DNA of 61,412 nucleotides, filler included, from Perkinsus olseni (Eukaryota): NCBI GenBank assembly GCA_013115125.1. It is 9 parts of 9 records of this genome, joined end to end, with 100 filler letters (N's around TTAATTAATTAA, not from the genome) between each part and the next. Parts side by side here need not be neighbours in the genome. Positions count along the whole stretch, not along the records: positions 13,839 to 20,581 come from JABANN010001068.1; positions 20,682 to 27,398 come from JABANN010001069.1; 7 more parts are not named here. One strand, 5' to 3'. Shown piece by piece: positions 13,739 to 25,597 of this stretch (position 1 is its first letter; each line of letters starts with the position of its first letter). The notes under the pieces were generated by a model. It saw only the letters and a program-made list of their open reading frames with translations, ran no database searches and was not told where the DNA came from. The position numbers and the translations under genes were made by a program.

Positions 13739-14615
13739 NNNNNNNNNNNNNNNNNNNNNNNNNNNNNNNNNNNNNNNNNNNNTTAATTAATTAANNNNNN
13801 NNNNNNNNNNNNNNNNNNNNNNNNNNNNNNNNNNNNNNGTAGTTGAGAGAATGGAGTGATAATGCGAGGCTAGTATGAGCACAGCTCCATTGTGTTATGT
13901 AGACAGTGCAACAGCGCCTCAGCCTGGTCATGATATTGAAGCTTCTTTAGAGCTTTGTCACGTGAGTTTGGACGTGCCAAATACACCCTGGTCTCCCTCG
14001 GCATTTCGTCACTTCATAGCTATCTTAATAGCAACTAATCATTCCGGTATTTTGTATATTGCTATCGGACTGCTGCTATCTTACTGTGATTCCGCGCGCT
14101 CTAACCTTACCGACAGGAGTAACATTCATTCTGCATGGCGATTCCGCTATTCGGCAATGGCGACTACTGTAGTAGTCGCCGACTACTAAGGCTAAGCAAA
14201 GGCTATGGCTTCTAATGCCACAAAAACGCCTGTTATTTAGGAGAGAAGTCTTTCAATTTTTCCTCTCCGCAACGTTGAGCTACACTCGACTCACCCACCC
14301 ATTGGCTTTCCACGTGCCCCCTCCTCGATGCCAATCCTCAAACACTTGCTTTCAGCCTCTCTCGCGCAAGTTGTTTCCTACCCCTTTCATCCCCACTTTT
14401 CGGCATCTAAAGTGCTACTGTGGAAGAGAAACCAGACAGCACAACTTTCGGTTACAGATCTCTCAGTGCAATGGGCAAGTGGTTCAAGAACCGAGCCATA
14501 CTTCTCAATTGAATAACGGTCAGAAGCTAGCACACTACGCACGCTCTCCCAGGCTGTATCACTGTTTCTTCCAAGTGTACGCGTCCAAATATACTCGTCG
14601 TGTTTGTTCTTAAGG

Positions 14616-16631
14616 ATGCTCATCACCCTGCATTGTGTTCTGTTTCTGGTAGTTGTCCCTCTCGTGACGGCTGATGTCACTGCTGCAGTTGACCGGTTGG
14701 TCGCTGCCCTGCCCGGGCAGGTCCAAACTGATGGTATCCCGCCGCCTTTCAATACTCGATTTGATGCAGCTAATGGCTACGTGCCAGCTGCTATGGTTTA
14801 TGTGTCCTCCGCAGATGATATCATCACCACCTTGGAGATCTGCTACGATGAGGGCACACCTGTGGCTTTGAGGAGCAGCAGCGGTCACTCCTTCATTGGC
14901 CAGTCCACCGTCGATGACGGCATTGTAATCAACTTCATGGGGTTGAAGGGCTTCGAGATCACTTCTGAAGATGGTCGGTACATCGCCAAGCTTGGTTCAG
15001 GTCTGAGCCTAGTGGAGGTCTACTCTAGGCTCGTTCGTCACAATCCTCCTCTTGGGTTCGCAGGTGGTTCCGGTGCGACCCTCGGTATAGCTGGCCTCAT
15101 CTCCGGCGGTGGGTTCGGTTACAGTTCTTCCAAGTATGGTGCCGCGGCCGATAGAATCGTCGCTGCCGAGGTTGTCGTCTACAACCGTGAGGAAGACAAG
15201 TTCGAGTTGGTCACCGCTACCGGTTACAACGAGCATTCTGATCTTCTCTTTGCTGTGCGCGGCGGTATGGGTGGCAACTATGGTGCATTAGTTTCACTCA
15301 GCTACGACGCCTTCCCTGTCACCAACGTTGTTGCTATGACATTCGAGAATGTCCACGACGATCCCTCGCTACAAGCAGCGGAGATAGAGCTTTTCCAGGG
15401 CTTCATGCACTCCGATGGTGCCGGTCCTGAGATCTACAGCACGGTTAGGTTGTTGGGTATGGGTGGCATCCAGTACAGAGCACAGTGCATGTGCGACGCC
15501 ACTGGCGATTGCACAACTTGCCATGCCAAGTTTGATGCATTGCAGGCTGCTGTCGGTTCTACTAGCGCTCTACGAGTAGAGCAGGACTTCGGAAAGGCCA
15601 TGTGGTTCTGGGCTGGCTGTACCGCTGACTCCGGTGTGGACTTCTATCCTCCCGCGGGTGTCGCCCGCTGCACCGAGCAAGAGCTGCAGCAGGCTATGCA
15701 GAAGTGCGTAGCGTTCAATACCAATCTTGCCAGTCGTCCGTTTAAGAGCAAGTGCATGTTCTTCCCTCGCAGCATGGGTAGTGAGGACTTGGAGGTCCTC
15801 ACCGAGGCTGCGATGAAGCCGCTCTGTACATCTCCCATGGACTGCATTCCACTGCTACATTTTCAAGGCCAAGCCTTGGTCCAGGAGCCTCAGGATTGTG
15901 ATCAGAGTGATGGCAAGTGCACCTCCTTCGACCATAGGACGCCTGGGTGGCTCCTCGAGATGTTCACCTCTTGGGAGAGAGACGAGCCGGCTCCCGCCGA
16001 TAAACTTGAGTGGCTTCAGAACACCTACGATTCGGTCTTCCCTGGTTCACTTGGTACCTCCAATCAGAACTGTATCGATTCTGACTTGGCTGTGGGCCGC
16101 GAGTGGATTGGTCAGTACTTCCCGAATCCGGATACCTATCCGAGGCTTCAACAAGCCAAGTGCCGCTACAACGCGATTGATATGTTCAACTTCGAGGCTG
16201 TTGACTTGATGACCATTGATATCGATGACAGCATATGCGGGGTTGAGACAACTGCGACCACCGAGACCACGGGCTACACTACTACCGCTCTTGGGTCTAC
16301 TACAATTGCCAAGGCTACAACCGGATCATCTACTACCCTTCCGAGAACTACATCTGAAGGTCCGAATGGCTGCAAGGAGGCAGACAGGAAGTGTTCCGAA
16401 GGCTATCCCGACTCCTATTGCATGACCTACAAGCTTCCGAACATCTGCTGGGGAAGCAACGAGCCTTGCACCTGTACTCCGGGCCCTACTCCGTCGTCTA
16501 CAACAACTGAGGCAGACGATTGCTATGAAGAGGATCTCCGCTGTTCTGCTATGAAGCAAGGCTCCTACTGTATGTATTGGAAATATCCTTCTGTCTGTAG
16601 AGGCACGACAGAATCATGTGATTGCTCTTAG
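14616..16631 (+). CDS. Secreted FAD-linked oxidase, berberine-bridge-enzyme (BBE/AA7)-like, with Thr-rich linker and two 6-Cys modules; copy 1
   Basis: Intronless. ATG at 14616 opens a signal peptide (MLITLHCVLFLVVVPLVTA). FAD_binding_4 motifs PAAMVY, RSSSGHS, GLISGGGFG..SSKYG..AD, DLLFAVRGG-GGNYG, and BBE tail YPRLQQAKCRYN...F. Confidence 0.9.
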   Translation: MLITLHCVLFLVVVPLVTADVTAAVDRLVAALPGQVQTDGIPPPFNTRFDAANGYVPAAMVYVSSADDIITTLEICYDEGTPVALRSSSGHSFIGQSTVDDGIVINFMGLKGFEITSEDGRYIAKLGSGLSLVEVYSRLVRHNPPLGFAGGSGATLGIAGLISGGGFGYSSSKYGAAADRIVAAEVVVYNREEDKFELVTATGYNEHSDLLFAVRGGMGGNYGALVSLSYDAFPVTNVVAMTFENVHDDPSLQAAEIELFQGFMHSDGAGPEIYSTVRLLGMGGIQYRAQCMCDATGDCTTCHAKFDALQAAVGSTSALRVEQDFGKAMWFWAGCTADSGVDFYPPAGVARCTEQELQQAMQKCVAFNTNLASRPFKSKCMFFPRSMGSEDLEVLTEAAMKPLCTSPMDCIPLLHFQGQALVQEPQDCDQSDGKCTSFDHRTPGWLLEMFTSWERDEPAPADKLEWLQNTYDSVFPGSLGTSNQNCIDSDLAVGREWIGQYFPNPDTYPRLQQAKCRYNAIDMFNFEAVDLMTIDIDDSICGVETTATTETTGYTTTALGSTTIAKATTGSSTTLPRTTSEGPNGCKEADRKCSEGYPDSYCMTYKLPNICWGSNEPCTCTPGPTPSSTTTEADDCYEEDLRCSAMKQGSYCMYWKYPSVCRGTTESCDCS

Positions 16632-17494
16632 ACCAAGCCTTTCAAGTCATTACGACTGAAGCGTAGGATTTGCGAAGAAGTCGCTCTATTTATTCGCGAA
16701 AGTTGCCTTCTGGAACTATGAAACTGCAAGATATCCGACTATCTTTTTATTTGACCTATCTGAACCTAACTGTGATGTTGTAGTTCTAGCTTATTTCGAG
16801 CTGGTTTCGAGTTGTCGGCCGTGCGAAGCTGAGTGTTGAGTTCATCTGATAGTGCGATATGAGTTGAATGCGAGCGCCTTGAAATTAAGCGTCGCGCTGC
16901 TTCCTCGCCTGTCCACTTGAGCTCGAGCTCACCGGCCACACCATTAGTTTCTCCGCATTCGTTCATTCAGAGTCTGCCCTTGTTTTTGCTGTGCTATTTC
17001 CTGTGATTCAGCGTGCTGAGGTTACTCTTGAGTTCAACACGGGAGAATTTCGAAACTTCGTAAATGGCCGACTGGGAGCTTACTGCGCCTCTCTCGTCGG
17101 TCCTCGATTTTTGCTGTGGGCTCAACTCTCATGCTGTTGCATAGTTCACTTCTGGAAATGCTAGTCTCAAACTCAGGCGCACAGTAAGAGGAAAGACGAG
17201 ACAGAAGCCCCCTCTTGGTCGGCGATTCAGGGACTGCAAACTCCGAACTGAGGAAGTTGCGTCATACTCATCTTCATCGTAGAGCCAGCAGATAACACAA
17301 GCAGACTGGGCTCGCTAATAGTGAACGAAAAAAGACTCGAGGCGCCTCCAGTTTGCAGCACACCCAGTGCCATGGAGTGGTTCAACGAATCCCCTGCTCA
17401 TTGCGCAACAGCTGATTTTATGGTCCTGGTGTATTGTGGTCTTGTCCGTGCCATATCCAAGCAGTGCCTTTTGAATTCAACCTTCGCATCTCAT

Positions 17495-19447
17495 ATGTTC
17501 CAACACATCGCATTGGTCTCTCTCGTTTCTCTACTCTATATCGTGGCGGCTGATGTGACTAATGCAGTTGACCGGTTGGTCGCTGCTCTGCCCGGACAGG
17601 TCCAAACTGATGGTATCCCGCCGCCTTTCAATACCCGGTTTGATGCAGCTAATGGCTACGTTCCAGCTGCTATGGTTTATGTGTCCTCCGCAGAGGATAT
17701 CATCACCGCCTTGGAGATCTGCTACGATGAGGGCGCTCCTGTGGCTTTGAGGAGCAGCAGCGGTCACTCCTTCATTGGCCAGTCTACCGTCAATGGCGGC
17801 ATTGTGATCAACTTCATGAAGTTGAAGGCTTTCGGAGTTGCCCTCGAGAACGGTCGCTTCATCGCCAAGCTTGGCTCTGGCTTAAAGCTGCTGGAGGTCT
17901 ACTCGAGGCTTGCCCGCCATGATCCTCCCCTCGGCTTTGCCGGTGGTTTGCGTCCTTCGGTTGGTATTGCCGGTCTGACCTCTGGCGGTGGGTACGGCTT
18001 TAGTTCTTCCAAGTATGGGGTTGCTGCCGATCGAGTCGTCGCTGCCGAGGTTGTCGTCTACAATCGTGAGGAAGACAAGTTCGAGTTGGTCACCGCTACC
18101 GGGTACAACGAGCATTCTGATCTTCTCTTTGCTGTGCGCGGCGGTATGGGTGGCAACTATGGTGCATTAGTTTCACTCAGCTACGACGCCTTCCCTGTCA
18201 CCAACGTTGTTGTTATCACGGGCAATGAGCCCTTAGTAGACCCCTCCCTACAAGCTCAGAGCATCAAGGCATTCCAGGAGTTCTTGCACTCCGATGCTGC
18301 CGGCCCTGATATCTTTGGTACGGCGAGAATATTGGGCGTTGGAAGCATCAACTACAACGCACAGTGTCTTTGTGATGCTACTGGTGATTGCACAACTTGC
18401 CATGCCAAGTTGGATGCCATGCAGGCTGCTGTCGGGCTGGCCAGTCCGCTTCGTATCGAGCAGGACTTCGGGAAGGCCATGTGGTTCTGGGCCGACTGTA
18501 CCGCTGACTCCGGTGTGGACCTCTATCCTCCTGATGGGGTGGGCAGCTTCTCCGAGGAGGAGCTGCAGGAGGCTATGCAGAAGTGCTTGGCATTCAATGC
18601 TGCTGTCTACAGTCGTCCTTTCAAGGCCAAGTGCATGTTCTTCCCCCAAAACATATCTATAGAGGACTTGGAGTTCCTCGTCGAGGCTGTGACTTACCCG
18701 ATTTGCAAGACCCCAGTTGACTGCATGACGTTGATGCATTTCCAGGGTCACGCTTTGTTGGACGAGCCCCAGGACTGTGACCAGAGCGCCGGAAAATGCA
18801 CCTCCTTTGACCACCGGAAGCCTGGCTGGCTCCTGGAGGTTTATACTGCTTGGGAGCGAGATGAAGCAGCTCCTGCCGACAAGCTCGAATGGCTCCAAAA
18901 TTCCTATGATATGGTCTTCCCTGGTTCTCTTGGTACCTCCAATCAGAACTGTATCGATTCTGACTTGGCTGTGGGCCGTGATTGGATTGGTCAGTACTTC
19001 CCCAATGCGGATACCTATCCGAGGCTTCAACAAGCCAAGTGCCGCTACAACGCGATTGATATGTTCAACTTCGAGGCTGTTGACTTGATGACCATTGATA
19101 TCGATGACAGCATATGCGGTGAATGTACGACTGCGACCATCACAGCTGTCAGCACTACGGCTGAAGCTCCTGATGATTGCGTTGAGGCCGACAAGAAGTG
19201 TTCCATTAAGTTTCCTGACTCCTATTGCATGACGTATAAGGCTCCATCTGTGTGTTGGGGAAGCAACGAGCCTTGCACCTGTACTCCGGGCCCCACTCCG
19301 TCGTCTACAACAACTGAAGTAGCTGCTGGTGACGATTGCCATGAAGAGGATCTTCGCTGTTCTACTTTGAACCAAGGCTCCTACTGTATGTATTGGAATG
19401 ACCCTTCTACTTGTTGGGGTACATCAGAGCCATGCGGTTGCAATTGA
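17495..19447 (+). CDS. Secreted BBE/AA7-like FAD oxidase with two 6-Cys modules; tandem paralogue, copy 2
   Basis: Colinear with copy 1 at offset 2879. ATG 17495 starts the signal peptide MFQHIALVSLVSLLYIVAA. Same motifs. Confidence 0.9.
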   Translation: MFQHIALVSLVSLLYIVAADVTNAVDRLVAALPGQVQTDGIPPPFNTRFDAANGYVPAAMVYVSSAEDIITALEICYDEGAPVALRSSSGHSFIGQSTVNGGIVINFMKLKAFGVALENGRFIAKLGSGLKLLEVYSRLARHDPPLGFAGGLRPSVGIAGLTSGGGYGFSSSKYGVAADRVVAAEVVVYNREEDKFELVTATGYNEHSDLLFAVRGGMGGNYGALVSLSYDAFPVTNVVVITGNEPLVDPSLQAQSIKAFQEFLHSDAAGPDIFGTARILGVGSINYNAQCLCDATGDCTTCHAKLDAMQAAVGLASPLRIEQDFGKAMWFWADCTADSGVDLYPPDGVGSFSEEELQEAMQKCLAFNAAVYSRPFKAKCMFFPQNISIEDLEFLVEAVTYPICKTPVDCMTLMHFQGHALLDEPQDCDQSAGKCTSFDHRKPGWLLEVYTAWERDEAAPADKLEWLQNSYDMVFPGSLGTSNQNCIDSDLAVGRDWIGQYFPNADTYPRLQQAKCRYNAIDMFNFEAVDLMTIDIDDSICGECTTATITAVSTTAEAPDDCVEADKKCSIKFPDSYCMTYKAPSVCWGSNEPCTCTPGPTPSSTTTEVAAGDDCHEEDLRCSTLNQGSYCMYWNDPSTCWGTSEPCGCN

Positions 19448-21694
19448 ACGAGATCATTTTTTCTTTTTCTCGTTCCTCATTCTCTGGCGCGGTCTTTCGA
19501 AGTGTAGCGCAAGTTGGACGTAATACGTCACAGACGCCAGCCGAACTCACTATCTATTTCATAGGGTTTTGAATAAGTCTCGGTTTCGGTGATTCCGATT
19601 CAAAGATTCTCTCGTTTTTTGATGACATCCATCTCAAGCAGATTCTCACTAGTGATGTGGTATAATGCGTAGCTGATCCAAGTGCCGGTTTTTGAGTTGT
19701 TGAGTGGATGGTATCGAACAGCGGACAACGTGTCTCTCGAAGCTCGGTATTTGAAATCAAAGCACAGCAGTCGGGATGCACTCTTAAAGTAATTCCGCTG
19801 GGTGTAATCCTAGCTCATTGAATATCTGGAGTATACTGAACTTGGTCAATATTACAGCGGCTCAGTGTGTGTGAGTGTCTAGTCCGACGCCGGTTCCGGC
19901 TTAGCTAGACTCTTGCCGATGTGCACAGTTGGAGACTTTCTGTCGCATTGACATGCAGTGCAATCAGATATATTGTCAAGAAGCTATCCAGCGGCTTAGT
20001 GTAGTCGATTGAAGCTTTCCTTATACATCCTGCTGTGCATGGTATAACCGCCACGTTTCTCAGCACAAAGGCCGCTTCCGGCTGTCATCACGCCAATTTT
20101 ACACAGTCGTCATGCTGTCGCCAGCTGCGGCGGTCTTCGCCACCGGCTTGGGTGGTCGCGCTCTGCAGTTCTTCGCTTCCCCACGAAGGCTGCAGCCCTG
20201 ACGAAGGCTCAGTGTAGTCTGTGACTGAGCATTTCCATTCAGCCCAGGTTGTGATGAGGAGTCACCGTGGTCTTGAGCACTCATCAGTCTGAGCAGCATG
20301 CGCTTCGTAAAGCGCTCAGTAACATCTATCGAGTACTCGAGTCAGGCGAGCATCGGTCTCCTATTGGGCGAAGGATCAGTTGGCATGCACCGATACGAAG
20401 AGAGTCTTTGACTGACGGAGTTCGCGATGGGGCATGCTCAGGTGACCTTTACGCTCCCGCATAACTTTCGTGGTGTAGGCGTATAGTAGTGATGACGCAA
20501 CAGCCATACAGTTCGGAAAGGAACTCATAAGTACAGTATGAAACTTAGCTACGATGAACGCCATAGCGTAGCTTGTGTAAGNNNNNNNNNNNNNNNNNNN
20601 NNNNNNNNNNNNNNNNNNNNNNNNNTTAATTAATTAANNNNNNNNNNNNNNNNNNNNNNNNNNNNNNNNNNNNNNNNNNNNGCGGGGTGGTCAACTCGCC
20701 AGAGTGTGACTGTGGGGCGCCGGTGGGGAACACGCGGCACTACCTCCTCTCCTGACCATCAACTTCAAGAGATATCGTAATGATATCTCTGAAGCGTCAC
20801 TCGGAGGATCGGATGCTACGATTTTCGTCGCATTTGCCACAGACTCGCCGTGGTTCACTCGGGCCCGTCTGTCTCTTTGTGATAGACACAAAGAGCCCTT
20901 ATCATGATATATTGGGTTTCCTAGGGTGCAACGCATTTTCCCTCACGCGGTTCTCCGGCGGACCGGCGTTGTGCGGTAATACCGCAGCGGTATCCTCCCC
21001 GCTAAGCGGAGTCCATTAGCATAAGCTGTTGTAGATATCACGAATTCATCAAAGTTGCGCTTTTTCCGCTATTTGCCGTTATCAAAGGCCCGTTGGGCTT
21101 CGGCAAACACTCACGTATCATACTTGAAAGGTTGAGATGTTATGAGTGAGGATTCTTTTCACCGTTGGGGCTCAACTCAAGCCGTCAGTCTTTTGTAACT
21201 CAGCCTTGAGACGCTTGAGGCTGAGTTCTGAAAGACTGGGTTCATGTTGTCCTCGGAATAAGAACTACATTTGATGTTAGTAGTACGAAAGAGGTCGCGA
21301 CCTGCAAGATTCGTAGGAGCCGAAGCAAGGATCTCGAACCCTCGCGAGAATATAACATGACTCGAAGTCATCGAGCTAACGGCCAAGGGTCTGACTCAAA
21401 GGGGGTGACCCATTGGGTGAGTCATCTACGGTAAAGTCGGGCGAATGACGATCTGGAGTGAACCCAGTGGGACACTTGCTCGGAGAAACTTGCGAACACA
21501 AAACTCCTTCGCGGCGTCAATGAAACTCTGAAAGATCTGAAGATCGAATAAAAAAGGTGGTGAGCCCACGTAGAACCGCTAACCGTATAGTACACCTCTA
21601 GCTACAAAACTGGCGAATCTGAATGATTTCTCGACGCCTATCAGACCTCTAGCGCCAGAATATACTTGAAAGCTCCAACCTCCCTCAACCCTCT

Positions 21695-22377
21695 CTAGAG
21701 AGTCTCTACGAACACTGTTTGTCCTGTGAACAAGCTTATCTCGCTAGAACTGGTCTTGGCAGTATCGTTGGAATGAAGGATCATTCTCTGACTGTCGGCC
21801 CAGCCCTCAATGCTGTAATGCTCGTTGCTAGCTTCTTCCCCACCCGGGAAGTCTACAAAGACTTTGGACGGCGTCTCCACATCAACTCTCTCGGCCAATT
21901 TCCCCTCGAAATAGGAGGTTCGATCGCCTGGGTTCCATTGAACGGATATGCCGTCTTTCTCAAAGTTCAAGTTAGCTGAACCGCTGATATTCACTGTGGC
22001 CTTGTACAACTGCCACGGCCCTGGAGGGCCGTCTGGCACTACGTTGAACTGCACGGTCATGACACCAGTCTTCCCGGGTATGTTAGTCCCGATATCCATC
22101 CCGACGCTTTCTTCAAGAAAGTTTCTTGGTAACCCCCATTCGGGTTACGGCCCTTCATACTGAATATACAGGTACCCTGTAGAACTTCGATGCCGTCGCC
22201 GCCCTTCGCGGGACCGGGACCACCTTTACAACCCTTGGGGTAGTCAGCGGTGACAGCCAACTGTTCCACAGTCAGTGCCTCAGCAATCTCCATGATAGAG
22301 AATGACAGCAAGATAGTGCGATAGAGCCAGTTGAGACGGAAGCCAGTGTAACAGGACCTCATCGTCGCGACCGTCAT
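21695..22377 (-). pseudogene. Putative secreted protein split by a frameshift
   Basis: ORF 22057..22377 has a hydrophobic leader and overlaps beta-rich ORF 21695..22099 in another frame. The second frame has a stop shortly upstream and no intron-sized gap is evident. Confidence 0.4.
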
Positions 22378-24945
22378 CGGTAAAATTAAGAACTACCAGG
22401 TAGGTTTCCATATACCGCGACGATAGGCAAGGCAAAAGCTGCAATTTGCCTGTCGTTCCACATCGCTGAGCTCGAGCTGAGAGAGAAAGAGAGACCGGCA
22501 AAGAGGAAACACTTCTGTGCCCGAAATTTTTGAACCTTTGGCTTGCTTACCGGCTGTACGAAGACCGATCGCGTCAGGCTGTGTAAACCAACCCGCACGC
22601 ATGTACTGGGCGCTAATAATCGCGGAGACGGAAGTATCTAGCCTTGGTGACCGAGGGAAAGTGGCGGACGATCGGTGCACGACACAGAGTAGTCTTGTGA
22701 CGAGACCGGAAGCACCTCCAGTGCAGCATCTAACGCACGAGTAAGATCAACATGGAGACATATATCGAGGGTATCGGGAGCCAGAAGGTGGACGAGCGGT
22801 GTGGTCTCGCTAGGCTAGCGACGCTAGCAGCATCCGTGTGAGGGACATTCTGTTTCAATCTCTTACAGAATCACAAATCACGCTCTTCTTTGTCGCGGAC
22901 CTACCGTAAGGCACTGCTGGACCAGCGCACTCCCGTTAAAGTTCGAGCCACGGGGTCACGGCATTCGCATCGACTTGTTAGCGAAATGCTCGCAGCTGCG
23001 TTTGCGTGCTACCAGGAAGATGAGTTGGGCTAGAGCTGGGCTAAGCTTAGCTTAGTAAGCTATTGCTGGTTACCTCACCGGAGCAATTTGCTAAGTTTTT
23101 GCAGCACTCGTGCCTCAGCGCTTCCACTTCTATCTTGTTGTTGGAGTGTGTCGCGAAAATGAGTGCTGGTACCGAACGAGGTTGCTCATAGCGCTGGGGC
23201 AGCGCAGGAGGGCAGGACCAGAGGACTTGGCTTTATACGCAGAGAGTCTATCGCACGTTCTTCTGCTCCGAGGCCGATCCATCACTTAGTGAGCTTCAAT
23301 GACGAGTACTCCAGTGTTGGAAAGCACTCACAAGACAGTCCTCGTCGCTTGGGCCTCTCACGATGCTGAGACAGCATTCCGTTACCATCATCAGACTGGT
23401 GATAAAGGATGCGCATTGCGAACTTCGCAACCTTTGGAATCGCTCGACTGATTGCCGAGCGTGCTCGTATGTTGCAACGGTATGAGTTCATCATTTACAT
23501 CTCCGAGGCCACAAGGAGTGCCGCTCGTCTTCAACAGTGTGGACTCCACGCTGTAGACAACGATTCCATGAGAGTCAAGTCTCGATGAGTCTGTTGCGGA
23601 CAGACTGTCCGATTCGGGATGACGGAGTACTTAAGTGCTCAGAGCTACAGCTCTGGCTTTCGTTACATCACAAGGGTTCTTGATAGTATCAGCGAGACTA
23701 CCTTCATCTCACTGAATCCATCCCTCCCCGTTGGTACGTTCGGGGCGCCGAGTACTCGTATGGTTTTGAGCATCAGATATCATCTTTTGGGGCTCGTTAG
23801 GGCTTCAGAGGCTCCTCGAAATGTTTTCGAAAGTTCACGGTACACAGTGTACGAGAAGTTTACGACGAAAACTTCTCGTACATTTACACAACTGCACAAC
23901 GTGTACCGGACAGTTGTGTAAATGTAACAGCTAACGAGCTGTTTGCTAACCTGATCACTTCCGAGCGCCGGTCGACCAGTGATCCCGTTACGAGTAGCTT
24001 CACAGCCAATCAATTGTCGTTTGAAGTCTAACCCGGGTCAAGGGGTGGAGAGCTGGCCAGCCGACGGGCCCGCCAAGATTCCCATCCTAGAAATAGTGAA
24101 TAGAAGACCTCGCCCAGCTTCCATAAAAGAACCATGTGTCTTCAACTACACTTCCGAACTTTCACTTGCCAATGAAAATTCACGTTCACGTGGACGTTGT
24201 GGATCCCCAAGTATTATCTACCCTTGATTCAGAAAGTCGCATCCTTTAGCAGCTGAAGGTTAGCTATACGAAGTGCCACTGTACGAAATTTTCGTACAGG
24301 TCATGCTCGTACTGTTAGAGGTTATGCTATACGGACTGAAGCTGTTCGAAGTGATCCTGTAAAAACTGAAACTCTGTCAACTTGCCTTGCACCTCTTGAT
24401 ACTGTATCGAGTGGCACTGTACTAACTTGAGCTGTATGAGTGATGCCCTTTTCCTTCGGCCTCCGCGGCTGGTGCTCCCCAAAAAGAACATTTCCCAGCC
24501 TTGCCCGAGAGTTGGGAGCCCCTACTGAAAGTGCTGCTTCGGGATCCCGATAATCTTGAGCCTCAAGACTTGAGGTATTCGGGGCCCCTTTCGAGTGTAG
24601 CGTCGCCAAGTGTACAAGCAACACAATTAAAGCTGATCGAAACTGGGCGTTAAAAACCGACCAGGAGTGACTCACAGCCTGTGAGTACGAACCATACAAT
24701 GCGAATAATACTCCACTTTGTTGTTCATCAAATGTGTTCTCGGAGAACCACTCGCCCTTTGGCACGGATTGCAACGAGATTCAAAAATCAGAGTCAAAAT
24801 CGTATATGCTATACGCCCGAATGCACCTCGAATGCAGGCGATATCTTGATGGATCAACACCGATTTACAGTGTATCGTGCCAATGGGAGAGGTAGAAATC
24901 CGGGACGTGATTACAGCCGTCTTCTCTTTCCACCAAGTCTCTTCA

Positions 24946-25597
24946 TTATGAGGAGACCGCGCCACCATCGCCGCCATCACCGCCTCTACCGCCGTCGCCG
25001 CCTCTGCCGCCGTAACCGCCATGACCCCCGTTGCCACCGTGGCCGCCATTACCGCCTCTCCCACCAAAACCGCCGATACCGCCATCGCCTCCTCTGCCTC
25101 CATCACCGCCTCTGCCACCGAAGCCCCCGCCACCGCCGCCGCCGGCACCGCCATCGCCGCCATTGCCTCCATCACCGCCTCTGCCACCAATGCCACCTCC
25201 GCTACTGCCTCCACCACCGCCGCCGCCACCACCACTGCCGTCGCTGCCATTTTGGCCGTCCTGACCATCCTCGCCGTTGCCACCTCCACCCTTCCCGCCG
25301 CGGCCACCAGCACCACCTTTACCGCCGCGACCATCATCGCCGTTGCAGCCATTCTCGCCGTCGGCACCATCAGCGCCACCTTGGCCGCCACGGCCACCAG
25401 CACCCCCACTACCATCAGGGCCTCCCTTGCAACCGTCTCCGCCGTCGTTGCCGCCATTACCCCCGCCATCTAAGCCACCGTCGTTGGTGCCGTCTCCACC
25501 ACGCGGAACGTTACCGTCATCATCACGCCCGCCGCAGCCTTGAAAAATGACGGATGCAGAAATGACGAGTGACTGTCGCGAAGAAAAAAAACTTCAT
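24946..25597 (-). CDS. Glycine-rich (GGxGGx) protein, ~216 aa, interrupted by one extra base in a T8 run after the start codon; absent from the ORF track
   Basis: Open minus frame ending TAA at 24946-24948 reads SSRQSLVISASVIFQGCGGRDDDG...GGRGGDGGNGGDGG...GAVSS*. The ATG at 25597 is off-frame by exactly one base. With T7 it reads MKFFSSRQ. Confidence 0.75.

Noticed and set aside
18248-19375. 375-aa minus-strand ORF
   Set aside because: Antisense shadow of the oxidase gene.
24672-25550. Ala-rich, His/Arg-rich and Pro-rich ORFs in the ORF track
   Set aside because: Alternative frames of the stop-poor Gly-rich repeat. The Gly frame has a coherent leader and a stop right at the repeat end.
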